From: Octopus sinensis
Taxonomy: Eukaryota
Assembly (NCBI RefSeq): GCF_006345805.1
Contig: NC_043011.1
Coordinates: 46,016,464-46,080,463 of the forward strand
Length of the DNA stretch: 64,000 bases
Reading direction: 5' to 3'
The stretch's first letter is position 1, and every line of letters starts with the position of its first letter. Shown here piece by piece: positions 25,806 through 37,868 of this stretch. The position numbers were made by a program, and so were the translations under genes. The notes under the pieces are model-generated. The model saw only the letters and a list, made by a program, of their open reading frames with translations. It searched no databases and was not told the origin of the DNA.

Positions 25806-26178
25806 TTTGTCTGAAATCATTACTCTTCAACTGTATATGCAACTATTTTTTTTCTTTTTTGGTTCAGAATCTCAGACAGAGGGTAAAGTTTGCCATAGGT
25901 GCCCAGATCTTGGAGGGCTAATAGCCTATAATGTCTTGACAAATCAGCCATGGTGGTTGATTCATTTTATTCTTCCTTATATAAACACACATAAGCAAAC
26001 ATTACCACACAGCCATGCCTGCACCCGAGCATCTTAAAACAGAGAGGACATATTGCTTAATATAATAGCAGATACACAGTGTCTGAAAAACTTATTAGAT
26101 GTTTACATCTGGAACCTCTTTTATCATAAGTTTATTGAATGAAGCCCCCCTCCCCAACTCTCTCTCAGCACTATGCAT

Positions 26179-26519
26179 CTGAGACCCCTTCGGTCACGAC
26201 AGTCCATAAAGATTGCACCAAGAAAGTTACCCTCCATGGCACAAGTCTGGGCTAGGTTGTTCTTATGGAGGACCAGCAGTCACCCATGCATATTGGCTTC
26301 CCCTCTCCACGCCATCAGTGTTATCCAAGAGAAAGGCAAAGGGGGCGATACAGCTTGGCACCAGTGATGTCGCAACTCATTTCTATGGCTGAGTGAACTG
26401 GAGCAATGTAAAATAAAGTGTCTTGCTCAAGAACACAACACGCAGCCCGGTCCAGGATTTGAACTCACAACCTCACAATCATAAGCTTGATGCTCTAACC
26501 ACTGAGCCATACACCTTCA
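26179..26519 (-). mobile_element. Family-C SINE with 11-13-bp target-site duplication
   Basis: (CA)GCACTATGCAT on both flanks (26166-78 and 26518-30). Confidence 0.85.
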
Positions 26520-26694
26520 GCACTATGCATACACTACCTTTATCAGTTTAATGTAAGTGTGTGCGAGGTATGTGTATGTATATTTGTTCATGTCATAAAG
26601 TCACTAATCTAGAAGAGAAGAAATACAAACGGACAGTTCAATTCAACATTATTGTTTTACTTGGTGCTCATTTAGTTCTGCTGCTCTTTTGCAG

Positions 26695-26782
26695 AGCAAA
26701 AGTCAATGACGAAAATTCGAACACGGAGAGTAAACACACCCATGTAGATATCCAAAATACACTTCATCCTACTCACTACTGA
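26695..26782 (+). CDS. Candidate terminal coding exon (AKVNDENSNTESKHTHVDIQNTLHPTHY*)
   Basis: ttctgctgctcttttgcag acceptor, TGA at 26780-82, AATAAA at 26867-72, A-rich UTR-like sequence after. Confidence 0.4.
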
Positions 26783-26888
26783 CTAACACTGATACTGGAA
26801 CACGTAGAGATATTGAATGTTTTCTAGAAGGAAAAAAAAAAAAAAAATCTTATTGTGGGAGTGGTTAATAAAGATTATTTGAGATCAG

Positions 26889-26905
26889 TGACGTAAATGA
26901 CGTCA
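26889..26905. promoter_or_regulatory. Tandem CRE-like sites TGACGTAA + TGACGTCA
   Basis: Exact CRE palindrome at 26898-905 with a variant 1 bp upstream; both CpGs retained in CpG-poor unique DNA. Confidence 0.3.
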
Positions 26906-27142
26906 ACCGTAACCAGACCAAACAGACAACAGGTTTGTTGTTGTTTTGTTTGCATAAAAGTTGCAATGAAAAATGAGAAAAAAATGAACAAAAAAAATTA
27001 CAAAAAACAAAACAAAAAAAAGACAAGGAAAGAAAAAGTGAAGCAGTATTACAAAGAAAAGACATCAAAACCAGTTTATCTAGAAGATATCTCACACAAC
27101 TTCATTGTAAAAAAGAAAACTATATACATATATATACATATA

Positions 27143-27179
<37 letters not shown>

Positions 27180-27469
27180 TTCAATATTATGTAAATTGAT
27201 ATCAAGATAAGAAAAAAAAATTGATTTTTGTCTTTTCTACTATAAGAAATATTGATTTATTACATAGGCACAGGACTTTAAATTTAGAGAATAGAAGGAG
27301 TGAGATACGATTACGTGACATTAATGCTTTGCTAACAGCCACTAATAGTTAAACGAAATGAAAAGATGAAGCTATAATCAGAATTGAAGGTTGTGTAATG
27401 ATCCAGGTTTGCTTCCACTTCACTCACTATTCCCAAATTATATGTATATATATATATATCCACATCAAC

Positions 27470-28065
27470 ATCAAAATAAAAATCAAATGGATATTGCAGT
27501 TGTGATACCCGTGCCAGTGGCACATTGGGCCTCACAGAGGAAATGACGAAAGACTGAGACCTCTGAGATACGCTGTAACTGCGAAGACCTGACAAATGAA
27601 GTGAGTTCATGGCTCGCAGGATGGCCTGCTGTGCTAACCTTGCATCGTAGAGTGACCCGCTGTTCTTGAGGAGACCTATTGAGTCAAGTACATCAATGTC
27701 AACACCAACATCAAAATAAAAATCAAATGGAAATTGTAGTTAAGACACCGGTGCCGGTGGCACGTAAAACCACCATCTGAATGTGGCTGATGTCAGTGCC
27801 ACCTGACTGGTGTCCGTGTCGGTGATATGTAAAAAGCACCAACCGATCGTGGCTGTTTGCCAGCCTCCTCTGGCCCCTGTGCTGATGGCACATAAAAGTC
27901 ACCCACTACACTCATGGAGTGGTTGGTGTTAGGAAGGGCATCCAGCTGTAGAAACACTGCCAGATCAGGCTGGAGCCTGGTACAGCCTCCTGGCTTCCCA
28001 GACCCCGGTTGAACCGGCCAACCCATGCTAGCATGGAAAATGGACATTAAACAATGACGATGATC
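27470..28065 (+). mobile_element. Family-D SINE
   Basis: GGAGTGGTTGGTGTTAGGAAGGGCATCCAGCTGTAGAAAC..CCCATGCTAGCATGGAAA..(GAT)n. Confidence 0.8.
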
Positions 28066-28666
28066 TGTGTTAGTATCAAACACTACAATATTGGTTATAC
28101 TTGATAGAAACCTCCATGATAAACATATCCAGTAACACCTGCCTTGAATATTATAAGTTTAGAAACAATTATTATAACTGACTTATTTCCTCCCACTGAA
28201 TTTCTGGCTGTGTGCATTATTATTATTATTATTATCATCATCATCATCGTTATCATCATCTGTAGTAGTAGCATTATCTCTCAGAAGTTATGATATTGAG
28301 CCACATTCCTGATTATGAATTGTCCAAGCTAGAGTTCAATTAGAGCTTGCAAATGAGATGTGTCAATTCACCAACAGGAATAAAGCATACACGATATATA
28401 AATGTATACCTGACATACAGACACACACACACACACAGTCAACACACATGTGTATGTTGTGTGTTTCAGTGATGTATATAACATAACAGCTGGTTCTGAT
28501 TTGTTAATCAATGGGTGAATATCTTTAGATGTTATTCTTAGTATTGTTCTGCCACTAATGACTGGGTACGTGGATTCACTTTGTGCAACAACATTCTTGG
28601 CAATAAATCCCACAAGTTTTTTGTTTAATTCCTCTCAGCCTTTGTAGGATAAACTAATCTTTGTTA

Positions 28667-28703
<37 letters not shown>

Positions 28704-28969
28704 TCTAGAATACAGAGATATGAGGAGAAGGAGGAGTTAAGCATTTCAGTCTAGTAGAGTATCTTTCTATCTTTCTGTGAATTTGAAATACAGTAAAAGA
28801 AAAAAGAAAAAAAAAAAAAAGAAAGAAAAAATAGCTGAGTGGACTGGAGCAACATGAAATAAAGTATCCTGCTCTGGGGCACAATGCTTTTTACATGGCC
28901 CCAGTACTGGCAGGGTCACCGATTAACTTGCAAGACAAGGAATTTTGTGAGGGGAGTGGGGCATTAGTG

Positions 28970-29128
28970 GAGGTGATCTTTCTGCAAAGTTTGTCCCCCT
29001 TTCTCTAGTTCCTTCTGTGTTGATCTACGCCACGAGTTCTTAGGCCTACCTTTCTTTCTATATCCACCCGGATTCCACTGTAAAGTATTTTTCACTACAT
29101 TTGGTGTGTCTTTTCAAATTGTGCTATA
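28970..29128 (-). mobile_element. RTE-clade LINE ORF2 C-terminal fragment
   Basis: Translates to LQWNPGGYRKKGRPKNSWRRSTQKELEKGG; homologous to 61758-61990. Confidence 0.85.
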
Positions 29129-29133
29129 TCTAT

Positions 29134-29485
29134 AATAAGAGCAACTTACCAAGGAATGTCATGCCGAGTCTTGCATGGAAACGGAGCTACAGATAAATTC
29201 GAAGTAGAGTTCGACAGGGCTGTATACTTTCTCTCTTTTTGTTTCTACTAGTTATAGATTGGATTATGAAGGAAACTATGACTGAAAGCCAAACAGGCAC
29301 TGAATGGACAGATGCAGAAGCTCTAGAAGATCTCGACTTTGCACATGATATAGTGTTACTTTCACAAACATATAGCCAAATGCAAAATAAAATGTCAAAA
29401 TTAGAAGCAATAGCTGCCAAACTAGGATTGAAAGTCAACTGCGACAAATCAAAAATTATGTGCGTTAATGAAGAAAACAGTGAAT
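29134..29485 (+). mobile_element. RTE-clade LINE reverse-transcriptase fragment (pseudogenised)
   Basis: VRQGCILSLFLFLLVIDWIM..EDLDFAHDIVLLS..GLKVN..KSKIM; the (Y/F)ADD motif is mutated to FAHD, and there is a frameshift. Confidence 0.92.
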
Positions 29486-30029
29486 GTATTAAAAAATTAT
29501 GTTTTGAGTTTAGCACCTATTATCTTGTAGCTTCTGTCTTTCGATGATGTAATTGCTTATTTTAGGAAATGACATAGGATAAGTGTGAGAGGCTGGATCT
29601 GGCCAGTTTAAGCATAAAACAGGTTGAGGGCCTGATGTGGCCAGTTTAAGTGCTAAAGTGTTATAATAACCTTTACTTTAAAATCTAAGGAACTCAAAAA
29701 CTTCAGCTATTGTTTTGCTGGCATTATGAAAATGAGAACAATTAAAGAGATAGTATGGACCTGTTAGTTTTCATAAAAAGTATGGAGTTAGATATTCATA
29801 AAAGAAAAAAAGAAGGGTAAAATAATAAAAATAAGAAGTATATGATATTTTTTTTTTTGTGTATAATCTAAAGGAAAACTTTTTTTTTCTTGCTGTCAAG
29901 GTGATCTGTTTACGAGGTACTGCATGATGCTTTTTAAACAAATAGCAGTGTGATTATGGTAGCCATATGTAGTTGGATTGAATGTTAAAGGGTTAAGCAA
30001 ACAGATATCTATTGAGAGAGATAAAGAAA

Positions 30030-30086
<57 letters not shown>

Positions 30087-30447
30087 TGAGAGAGAGAAAG
30101 AAAGGAAGAAAGAAAGAGAGCGAGATCATAGAAATAAAATGAAATATCAAGGAAAAGAAATGAGAGAGAGAGAGATGAAATGAAAGACAACGATCAATAA
30201 ATACTGCAAAAACACTAACACTTTAAGCTTGAAAAAGATGTCCGCAAGGTTAAGGCTGAATATCAGCTTTAATTGTGAACATAAACCTGAATTTTGCCTC
30301 TAATGATATTGACATTCACATATATATATCAGATCAGTATTTTTAGTTTATATTACTCTATTTCCTGCATATGCTTTCAATAATTTTTCTTGAAATAAAA
30401 ACATGCATATCTAAAGCGCTAATGAAAATGCTTATGATTTCTGTAAA

Positions 30448-30662
30448 CCTTTAGCATTTAATTCAGCTGCATCTGGTCCCAATGTCCTACCTCTTTTATG
30501 TTTAAACTGACCAGATCTAGTCTCTGATACCTACCCTACAATGTCATTCTTAAAAAATATACAAACTCACCATTGAGATCTTGAAGCTACGAAGTAACAG
30601 ATGATAAATTCAAAACAATGTGAATAAATAGGCAATTCCTTTGACAAAGAAACCTGTTAAGG
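30448..30662. mobile_element. Diverged MITE (possibly piggyBac-like)
   Basis: CCTTTAGCATTT..CCTACCCTACAATGTCATTC..GTTAA; a related reverse fragment lies at about 29590-29670. Confidence 0.5.
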
Positions 30663-30789
30663 TCTCATTCTGCTTTAGAATCATAGAGGATGCTGAAAAC
30701 CAGGCTGTGGTGTTTAATCCTTTCCAAGAAGTAACAATTATAGAAAAGGAATATTCTAAATTAACCGAGAGTTAAAACAATCATATTCA

Positions 30790-31100
30790 GGTAGAAGGTG
30801 TATGGCTCAGTGGTCAGAGCATTGGCCTCACAATCATGACATAGTGAGTTCGATTCCTGGACAAGTCTGTGTGTTCTGTTCTTGTGCAAAACACTTCATT
30901 TCATGAATTGCGACAGCTCTGGTGCCAAGCTGTATTGGCATTTGTCTTTTTCTTGGATAACATTGGTGGCATGCAGAGGGGAAGCTGGTATGCATGGGTA
31001 ACTGCTAGTCTTCTATAAACAGCTTTGGTTGGAGTTGTGCCTCAGAGGGTAACTCTGTAGGTGTAATCCCATGGCCATTCCTGACTGAAGTGGGGGGCTT
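30790..31100 (+). mobile_element. Diverged family-C SINE
   Basis: A and B boxes plus central block. Confidence 0.75.
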
Positions 31101-31366
31101 TACTCAAGCGTATTTGACAACCAACAAGGGAAACAATGTTTATTTTCACTAGCAAGGGGCCAATAACTGGGAAAGGAGGTGTAACAGATCAGATTGGTTT
31201 TGGTTGGATGAAAAAAGAGAGGTCACCCCTATGGGGACTTGAATTTAGGACAATACAACATCCTGTCCAGCTTCTACTTCCCTGATCATCCCTACAGTTC
31301 TAAAAAGGTAAAAAACGGTAAGTATTAATTTAATTTGGAAGTATAGCATAAGTAGATTGTGGTGAG

Positions 31367-31590
31367 ATGATAATGATGATGATGACAGTCATGATGTTGA
31401 TGATGACAATGATGATGATGGTGATGAGGACGATGACAGCAATGATGATGATGATGGCGGTCATGATGTTGATGATGACAATGATGATGGTGATGACGAT
31501 GATGATGATGATGGCAGTCATGATGTTGATGATGATGGTGATGGCAGTCATGATGTTGATGATGACAATGATGATGATGATGATGGCACT
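31367..31590. repeat. Imperfect (GAT)n array with higher-order repetition
   Basis: Read directly; explains the poly-M and poly-I ORFs. Confidence 0.9.
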
Positions 31591-31907
31591 TGTTAATGCG
31601 ATAAAGACAGTGTACATAGAGGAAAGGATGGTGATGACTAGTGTTGACTGATGGATGGTCTTTTTACTAATGAATGAAACACAGTATTGCAATTTTGAAA
31701 AGTGACGGGGAAAAGACAGCAGATTGCAGCTGCTGTTTTGCAGCATTTGAAAGAGACAACAGCTAAGAACAATGCTGCACATTAACTAACGAGAGACGTG
31801 ATCAATAAGCAGATAAAGGATTAACTAATGAGCTATGATATTGTTAGTTGGATTATAAACAGTTAAAATTAAAACAAACAAATACTAAAGCAGAAAAATA
31901 AATTAGG

Positions 31908-32086
31908 TGCAGGTATGGCTGTGTGGTAAGTAGATTGCTTACCAACCACATGGTTCTGGGTTCAGTCCCACTGCGTGGCACCTTGGGCAAGTGTCTTCTA
32001 TTATAGCCTCAGGCCGACCAAAGCCTTGTGAGTGGATTTGGTAGATGGAAACTGAAAGAAGCCCGTCGTATATATGTATATATATA

Positions 32087-32142
<56 letters not shown>

Positions 32143-32350
32143 TGTGTCTGTGTTTGTCCCCCCAACATCGCTTGACAACCGATGCTGGCGCGTTTACATC
32201 CGCGTAACTTAGCGGTTCGGCAAAAAAGACCGATAGAATAAGTATTAGGCTTACAAAGAATAAGTCCTGGGGTTGATTTAATTCGACTAAAGGCGGTGCT
32301 CCAGCATGGCCACAGTCAAATAACTGCAACAAGTAAAGGAGTAAAAGATA
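31908..32350 (+). mobile_element. Near full-length family-B SINE
   Basis: Head, CORE-like block, (TG)n linker and 3' extension. Confidence 0.88.
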
Positions 32351-33193
32351 CATACGTTAATAAATTGCATTGATAAAATGAGATAGTGGATGCACTTATT
32401 TCTGTTTGTGTGCACAAACTTGTGTATGTGTGTGTGTGTATGTGTCTGTCTATCTGTCTATCTATATATCAATTTATTTGTCTATGGATTTACAAACACA
32501 CACACACACATTTGCACACTCCTAGATATGTTTGCATGTGTGTCTATTGAAATCACAATGTCACTGTTACAAGTTGTCTTAAGCATTCATATATTCATAC
32601 TTCAAGTTTTCCTGTGGAGCTGATGACATGTATATCTTTAAATGCTAACAACAGCCAACAGTTTATTCCTATCTTTGGTAACTACAGCAACAGAAAAATC
32701 TTAGCAGCAGTATTATCAGCAATAGATTCGCTTTCCTTTCCATCAGCATTTTCAGGTTTGAAAAATAGAAAAGGCAGCTAAAGGAATAAAATTGTTTGAG
32801 ATTCTCATCCAAAATCTTTCTAATTCTTTCACACAGTTTTAAACAACCAGCTGATTGCCTTCTGCAAGGAGACAGCAACTTGTTTAGACTTTCTCACACA
32901 CACACTGATATTCTGCAGAAGCAATTCTGCTTTTTTAAGCTAGAATTGCATACAAGAGGTATTCGGTTATTGTTTGCAGAACAGAATGCAAAAAAAAAAA
33001 AAAGTACTTGATGATGACAAAAAAAAAAAAAAAACAGCAAATCAACATTAAACCATATTTCTATAAAATATGCATTAATTGTATTTTTGATTTGGTTTTA
33101 ATTTTCTCTAAAATGTGATCATTTACAATCACAAACATAAATAGTCCACAGATGAATACATGAAGGTATATTTGAATCACATATGTACACGTA

Positions 33194-34350
33194 CCGTGTT
33201 TCCCTGAAAATAAGACCTCATCAGAAAATAAGACCTAGCATGATTTTTCAGAATGATTTTAATGTAGCCCCTCCTTTAAAATAGGCCATAGTTGAGAGTA
33301 GCAGCAGATGAAAGAAATAAGAAGCCTCTTCATACTCATTCAAACCACTTTTTTGTGGTGTGTACACTGTTCATGATGGAATCTGGCGAATCTATCTTCA
33401 ACAATTCATCTACAATTCATCTATGGATACAACCACACACACACACAACCACACATACAACCTCACACACACATACAACCACACACACATACACAACTAC
33501 ACACATGTACAACCACATACACATACAACTCCCCTCACACACACATGCAACCACACACTTATACAACTACACACATAAATTGTTGTAGACAAATTCACCT
33601 AGAACCATTCAAAATATCTTTTTGGTGACTAAAAATAATATTGTCACAAAATCTATCCTGGTCTCTCTTTCATAACTCAACTATTAACAAGCTATACATC
33701 AATCAACAGCCCATGTTTAGAGCTTTCAAATGTGTCATGTAACATTTTTATCAGTGGTCAGTACTGGTCAGTGAATGCAAAATACAATAACATACACATT
33801 TTCTTTCAAGGCAAAAATCTCTCAGAATACATGATGAAATTGAATGGGAAATCATTTGTCAGGCCATTTTCACCTCAAGACAAGATGAGTGCAAGAGAAA
33901 AGAGTTATTCCATTGAATACAAGAAAGAAATCATGGAAGAATCACTGGGCAAGAATCTTACTGTTTTCTGTAAAGAAAAAAATTGGGGTCTCCGAATAGT
34001 TCAAAAATGACAAGTAGAGTACAATAAGCTCAGTCAACAAGTGGACGAGGGAAACGCAAAGAAATGCAAGTGTGGATCAGGTTGGCAACCACTATTTTCT
34101 GAGCTGGAAGACGCTATCTGTGAATGGGTTTCTGATAGGAAAGCAAAGGCTTTGGGTGTTCACAGGACTGATATTCAAGCATTTGCAAACTGTGGAGCAT
34201 GGTATATTTCCAGAAGAATTCAAAGCATCACAACACTGGCTGGATGGTTTCCTTCAGTGATTTGAACTTTCTCTGAGAAGACTGACAACACTGTTCAATC
34301 TGGAAGATACCGAAATTTTTAAACATGCACTTGCATTTAGGTCTGTTGTT
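33194..34350 (+). mobile_element. Decayed pogo/Tigger-like DNA transposon (left TIR plus N-terminal HTH coding region)
   Basis: TA|CCGTGTTTCCCTGAAAATAAGACC end; from ATG 33885 MSAREKSYSIEYKKEI..LFSELEDAICEWVSDRKAK..FKASQHWLDGF (CENP-B-type HTH) with stops and a frameshift; cut by a SINE at 34345. Confidence 0.8.
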
Positions 34351-34615
34351 GATGGGATAAACACCACTTGAGCGTGGCCGTTGCCAGTACCGCCTGAGTG
34401 GCCCTTGTGCCGGTGGCACATAAAAGCACCCACTATATTCTCGGAGTGGTTGTCATTAGGAAGGGCATCCATCTGTAGAAACTCTGCCAGATCAGATTGG
34501 AGCCTGGTGCAGCCATCTGGTTCGCCAGTCCTCAGTCAAATCGTCTAACCCATGCTAGCATGGAAAACGGACATTAAACGATGACGATGATGATGATGAT
34601 GATCACCACCATCAT
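34345..34615 (+). mobile_element. Family-D SINE
   Basis: Diagnostic block and (GAT)n tail. Confidence 0.8.
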
Positions 34616-35156
34616 CATTTATTGTCAATTTTCCATGTTTATGCATACAAACACACATATATGTATACAGAGACAAGCATTTAAAAGATAGTTTTTTTTT
34701 CTCATATTCTAACTGTAATGAGGTAATATTTTAAATAGAATAGTTTTGGTTACAAATCATACATAAAATTATAAGATTAGCAAAACAGCCATGAAAGCAA
34801 GATTTAAAAATTTTTTAAAAGTAACAAAAAAATGCTGAGACATAAAAATCACAGGAAATCAAGCATGGAGTACTTTTCAAAGTAGCGAACAGAAAGCAAT
34901 AGAAAATATAAATAACAAAAATAATATTTTTTTTATTCATGTGTAATTATTGATTAAAACCAATTTCTCAGATATCCTAACAAGCACAGATGTACAAACA
35001 CACACACACACACGTGCACAATAATGCATGTAAATACACACAAAGTAATAACAACAGGAGCTACCATTACTAATCAGAAATTGAAAACTTTTAATAATGG
35101 ATTGATGAATGGAATGCACACACACACACACACACACATGCACAGACTCATGAATA

Positions 35157-35730
35157 CAGGGTACAGTGAATAAACTGTCATTTTAACAGATGTATTTACC
35201 AAAATTAAATAAAAATATATTGAAATACTAAAGAGTAAATTTATTCAGTAAAATCGCCATTGGCTTCAACCGTGGTCCCCGGGCAACTTTGGAATCTCCT
35301 GCAACTTTTCTGGATGGTTTCCTTGTTTAAGTTGGTGAATGCTGCCATAATCCTTGCCCTCAGTTCATCTTTGGTGTTACAAGGGAGTTTTGTTAGTCTC
35401 TCACTCAACTATGCCCTACACATAATAATCAAGGGAGCTGCAGTCTTAAGAGTTAGGTGGCCAGATGTTAAGGGTAGTAGGGTCACAGAAATTGTCTGAC
35501 AGCCATGACTGGGTTCTTCTGCTTGTGTGGCATGGTGCAAAGTCCTGTTGCAAAACATAGGGTCTTCTAGCAGCCACCCTCTTGACCCATGGCAGTACTA
35601 CCTCCTCTGGACACATGATGTAAGCCTCCATATTGAGCCTAAGGCCATGTGAGAAGATGAATGGGGGCATAATGTCACCATCACTAGCGATCACTCTAAA
35701 CACCATAGTGCTGACTGGATGTTTAATTTT
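35157..35730 (-). mobile_element. Tc1/mariner DD37D (maT-type) transposase pseudogene with right end
   Basis: YVLQQDFAPCHTSRRTQSWL..WPPNS*DCSSLDYYV*; 37 residues between the QQD and LDY aspartates; TA|CAGGGT end at 35157. Confidence 0.88.
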
Positions 35731-35899
35731 TATCATTCTCAGTACATGTCCTCAGATTCACACACAGACAGTCTGAAATGTTCGTATTGAAGATTCCAGC
35801 ACAAAAGCCAAGCAGTATAGCATGTTGTTTCTAAATTTCTAAATTGTGACATGGTACTGTTTTCCTCACAGATGGTGCTCAACTGAGCCTACTATACTG

Positions 35900-36265
35900 T
35901 GTAGTCGACAAAATTAAAAACAAGCAATGTGCATATGTGAAATTAAAAATATAAAATGACGACAATTTACGCATCGCACCCTAAGTATACCTATTAGCAA
36001 AACGCCCCCCCGTCCAATGGCCGGTGCTGAGTTGTCACACATTTAAACCAAATTTTCTGAAAATAACTTGTCCGATGCGCATACAAATGTACGTTCCCAC
36101 GGCTTTATCAATTGCATTCTCACCTGGATTCAATTTTTGTAAATCTTTAAAGACTTATACATGCCCTGATACCGTTCGTATCTGCATATCAAATTTGAGT
36201 GCAATCGGATGGAGGATCCTAGAAGACATACACACAGACAGACAGAACGGATTTTATATAATAGA
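35900..36265 (-). mobile_element. Helitron/DINE-like non-autonomous element
   Basis: Minus strand starts TCTATTATATAAAATCCGTTCTGTCTGTCTGTGTG and is CpG-rich; the 3' limit is uncertain. Confidence 0.5.
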
Positions 36266-36384
36266 TGTATCTTCATTATCACTATTTTAATGTTAACTAT
36301 TACATGCTTGCATTGGTTGGACAGAATTTGTTAACACAAATATTCAACATACAGGTGCCTTTACTGTCACCAACATTCTACATA

Positions 36385-36671
36385 CATCATCATCATCATT
36401 GTTCGACCGTGGTTGAGACAATGGAATTTACCATGCTACGCCAGACTTCACGGTCCATCATGGCATTACGGAGGTCCTGTTGCTGGATGCCTGTAACCCT
36501 GGAGATTACATCAGAGTATGAGAGTGTGCACCCTCTGGTATTGCGAGTAGATGGCTTCCAGAGGAGAAGAGTAGAAATTACCTCTTTTTCAGCTCTACAA
36601 CAATGTCCAGCAAACTGGACTCTCTTACCTTTCACAAGAGATGACACAGGTGGTAGTTTCCCAAAATGCAA
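36385..36671 (-). mobile_element. LINE (RTE-like) 3' end with (GAT)n tail and 10-bp TSD, inserted in a ~32-bp minisatellite
   Basis: RVQFAGHCCR..LLLWKP..DLRNAMMDREVWR..*; ATTCTACATA on both flanks. Confidence 0.85.
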
Positions 36672-37285
36672 ATTCTACATACAGGTGCTTTTACTGTCAC
36701 CAACATTCTACATACAGATGCCTTTACTGTCACCAACCCTCACCTGTTTCCAAGTACAATAATATTTCCCTAAAGCCAGACATGTCTCCATGAAAGATTG
36801 GCAATAAAGGACACTGCTGTAAGACAGTGACATTCTTTTACAACTATCACATGATCTTAATAGAAAGAGACACTGACACCAACACACACCAACACACACA
36901 CATACCAACACACACACAATCATGTATTCAGTTGGCTTCTTTTAGTTTCAGATTTAAAATATAAAATATTATTAATGCTTTTATTACCATATTTTTGTTG
37001 AGAAGCTCTGTGTTTCTTTCAATTAATTTTAAATATAACATAGAATTTAGTAAAATAACTTAATTATCATTAAGCTAGTGTTAGGAACATAAAATGTTAC
37101 AAAGGTTTGGTGGAATATTCTAATTCAGAACTTTTGAAAACAAGACATTTGTACTACAGAACCAGAGGCAGTTTCAGCCAGGCTAGTATTGAAAGGGTTA
37201 ATTTCTGTTATGGTATTGAGCACTCATTTTTTTGACAGTCAACTCTCAAACATGTGTGAGTGTGTGTGTGTCTTTCTCTTTCTCT

Positions 37286-37322
<37 letters not shown>

Positions 37323-37526
37323 GGTATGTAGAAAAATACAACATGGACAAGAACGTATAACTCATAGAAGACGATACAATAAACATGGACAGGACATTCG
37401 AACCCCTCAGTCTTCAGTCAAGAACCGGATCATCGTAGTAATTTCGGCTATATATATATATAATTATTATGGAGATGTACTTGCATAGCAAATAACCTGA
37501 TCTGAGATCATGTGCTGAAGCAAAAA

Positions 37527-37808
37527 CAATTAAAATGTGGAAGGTATTTGTAAGCCATTTAAAAACACACAAAACCCGTTAGATTCACTTCAACATTTAA
37601 ATTTAATTTGTCAAAATATTTTCTTCACTTTGAAACTGCGACTTGTTCACTGACAAAATTCAGATGCAGCACAGAATTTTGTCAGCGAACAGGTCGCAGT
37701 CTCAAAGCAATGAAAATATTTTGGCAAATTAAATTTAAATGTTGAAGTGAATCTAATGGTTTTTGTGTATTTTTAAATGGCTTATAAACACCTTCCATAC
37801 TGCAATTG
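37527..37808. repeat. Fold-back palindromic element, arms about 130 bp
   Basis: GGAAGGT.TTTGTAAGCCATTTAAAAA..GACAAAATTC is mirrored around about 37667. Confidence 0.85.
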
Positions 37809-37868
37809 TGTGTGTGAGTGTATATATATAGATATATATATATACACACACACATACATATACATATA

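Noticed and set aside
33195-33235. Minus-strand CTGATGA..GAAAC-ACG-GTA
   Set aside because: Stems I and II do not pair; it is a coincidence within the pogo TIR.
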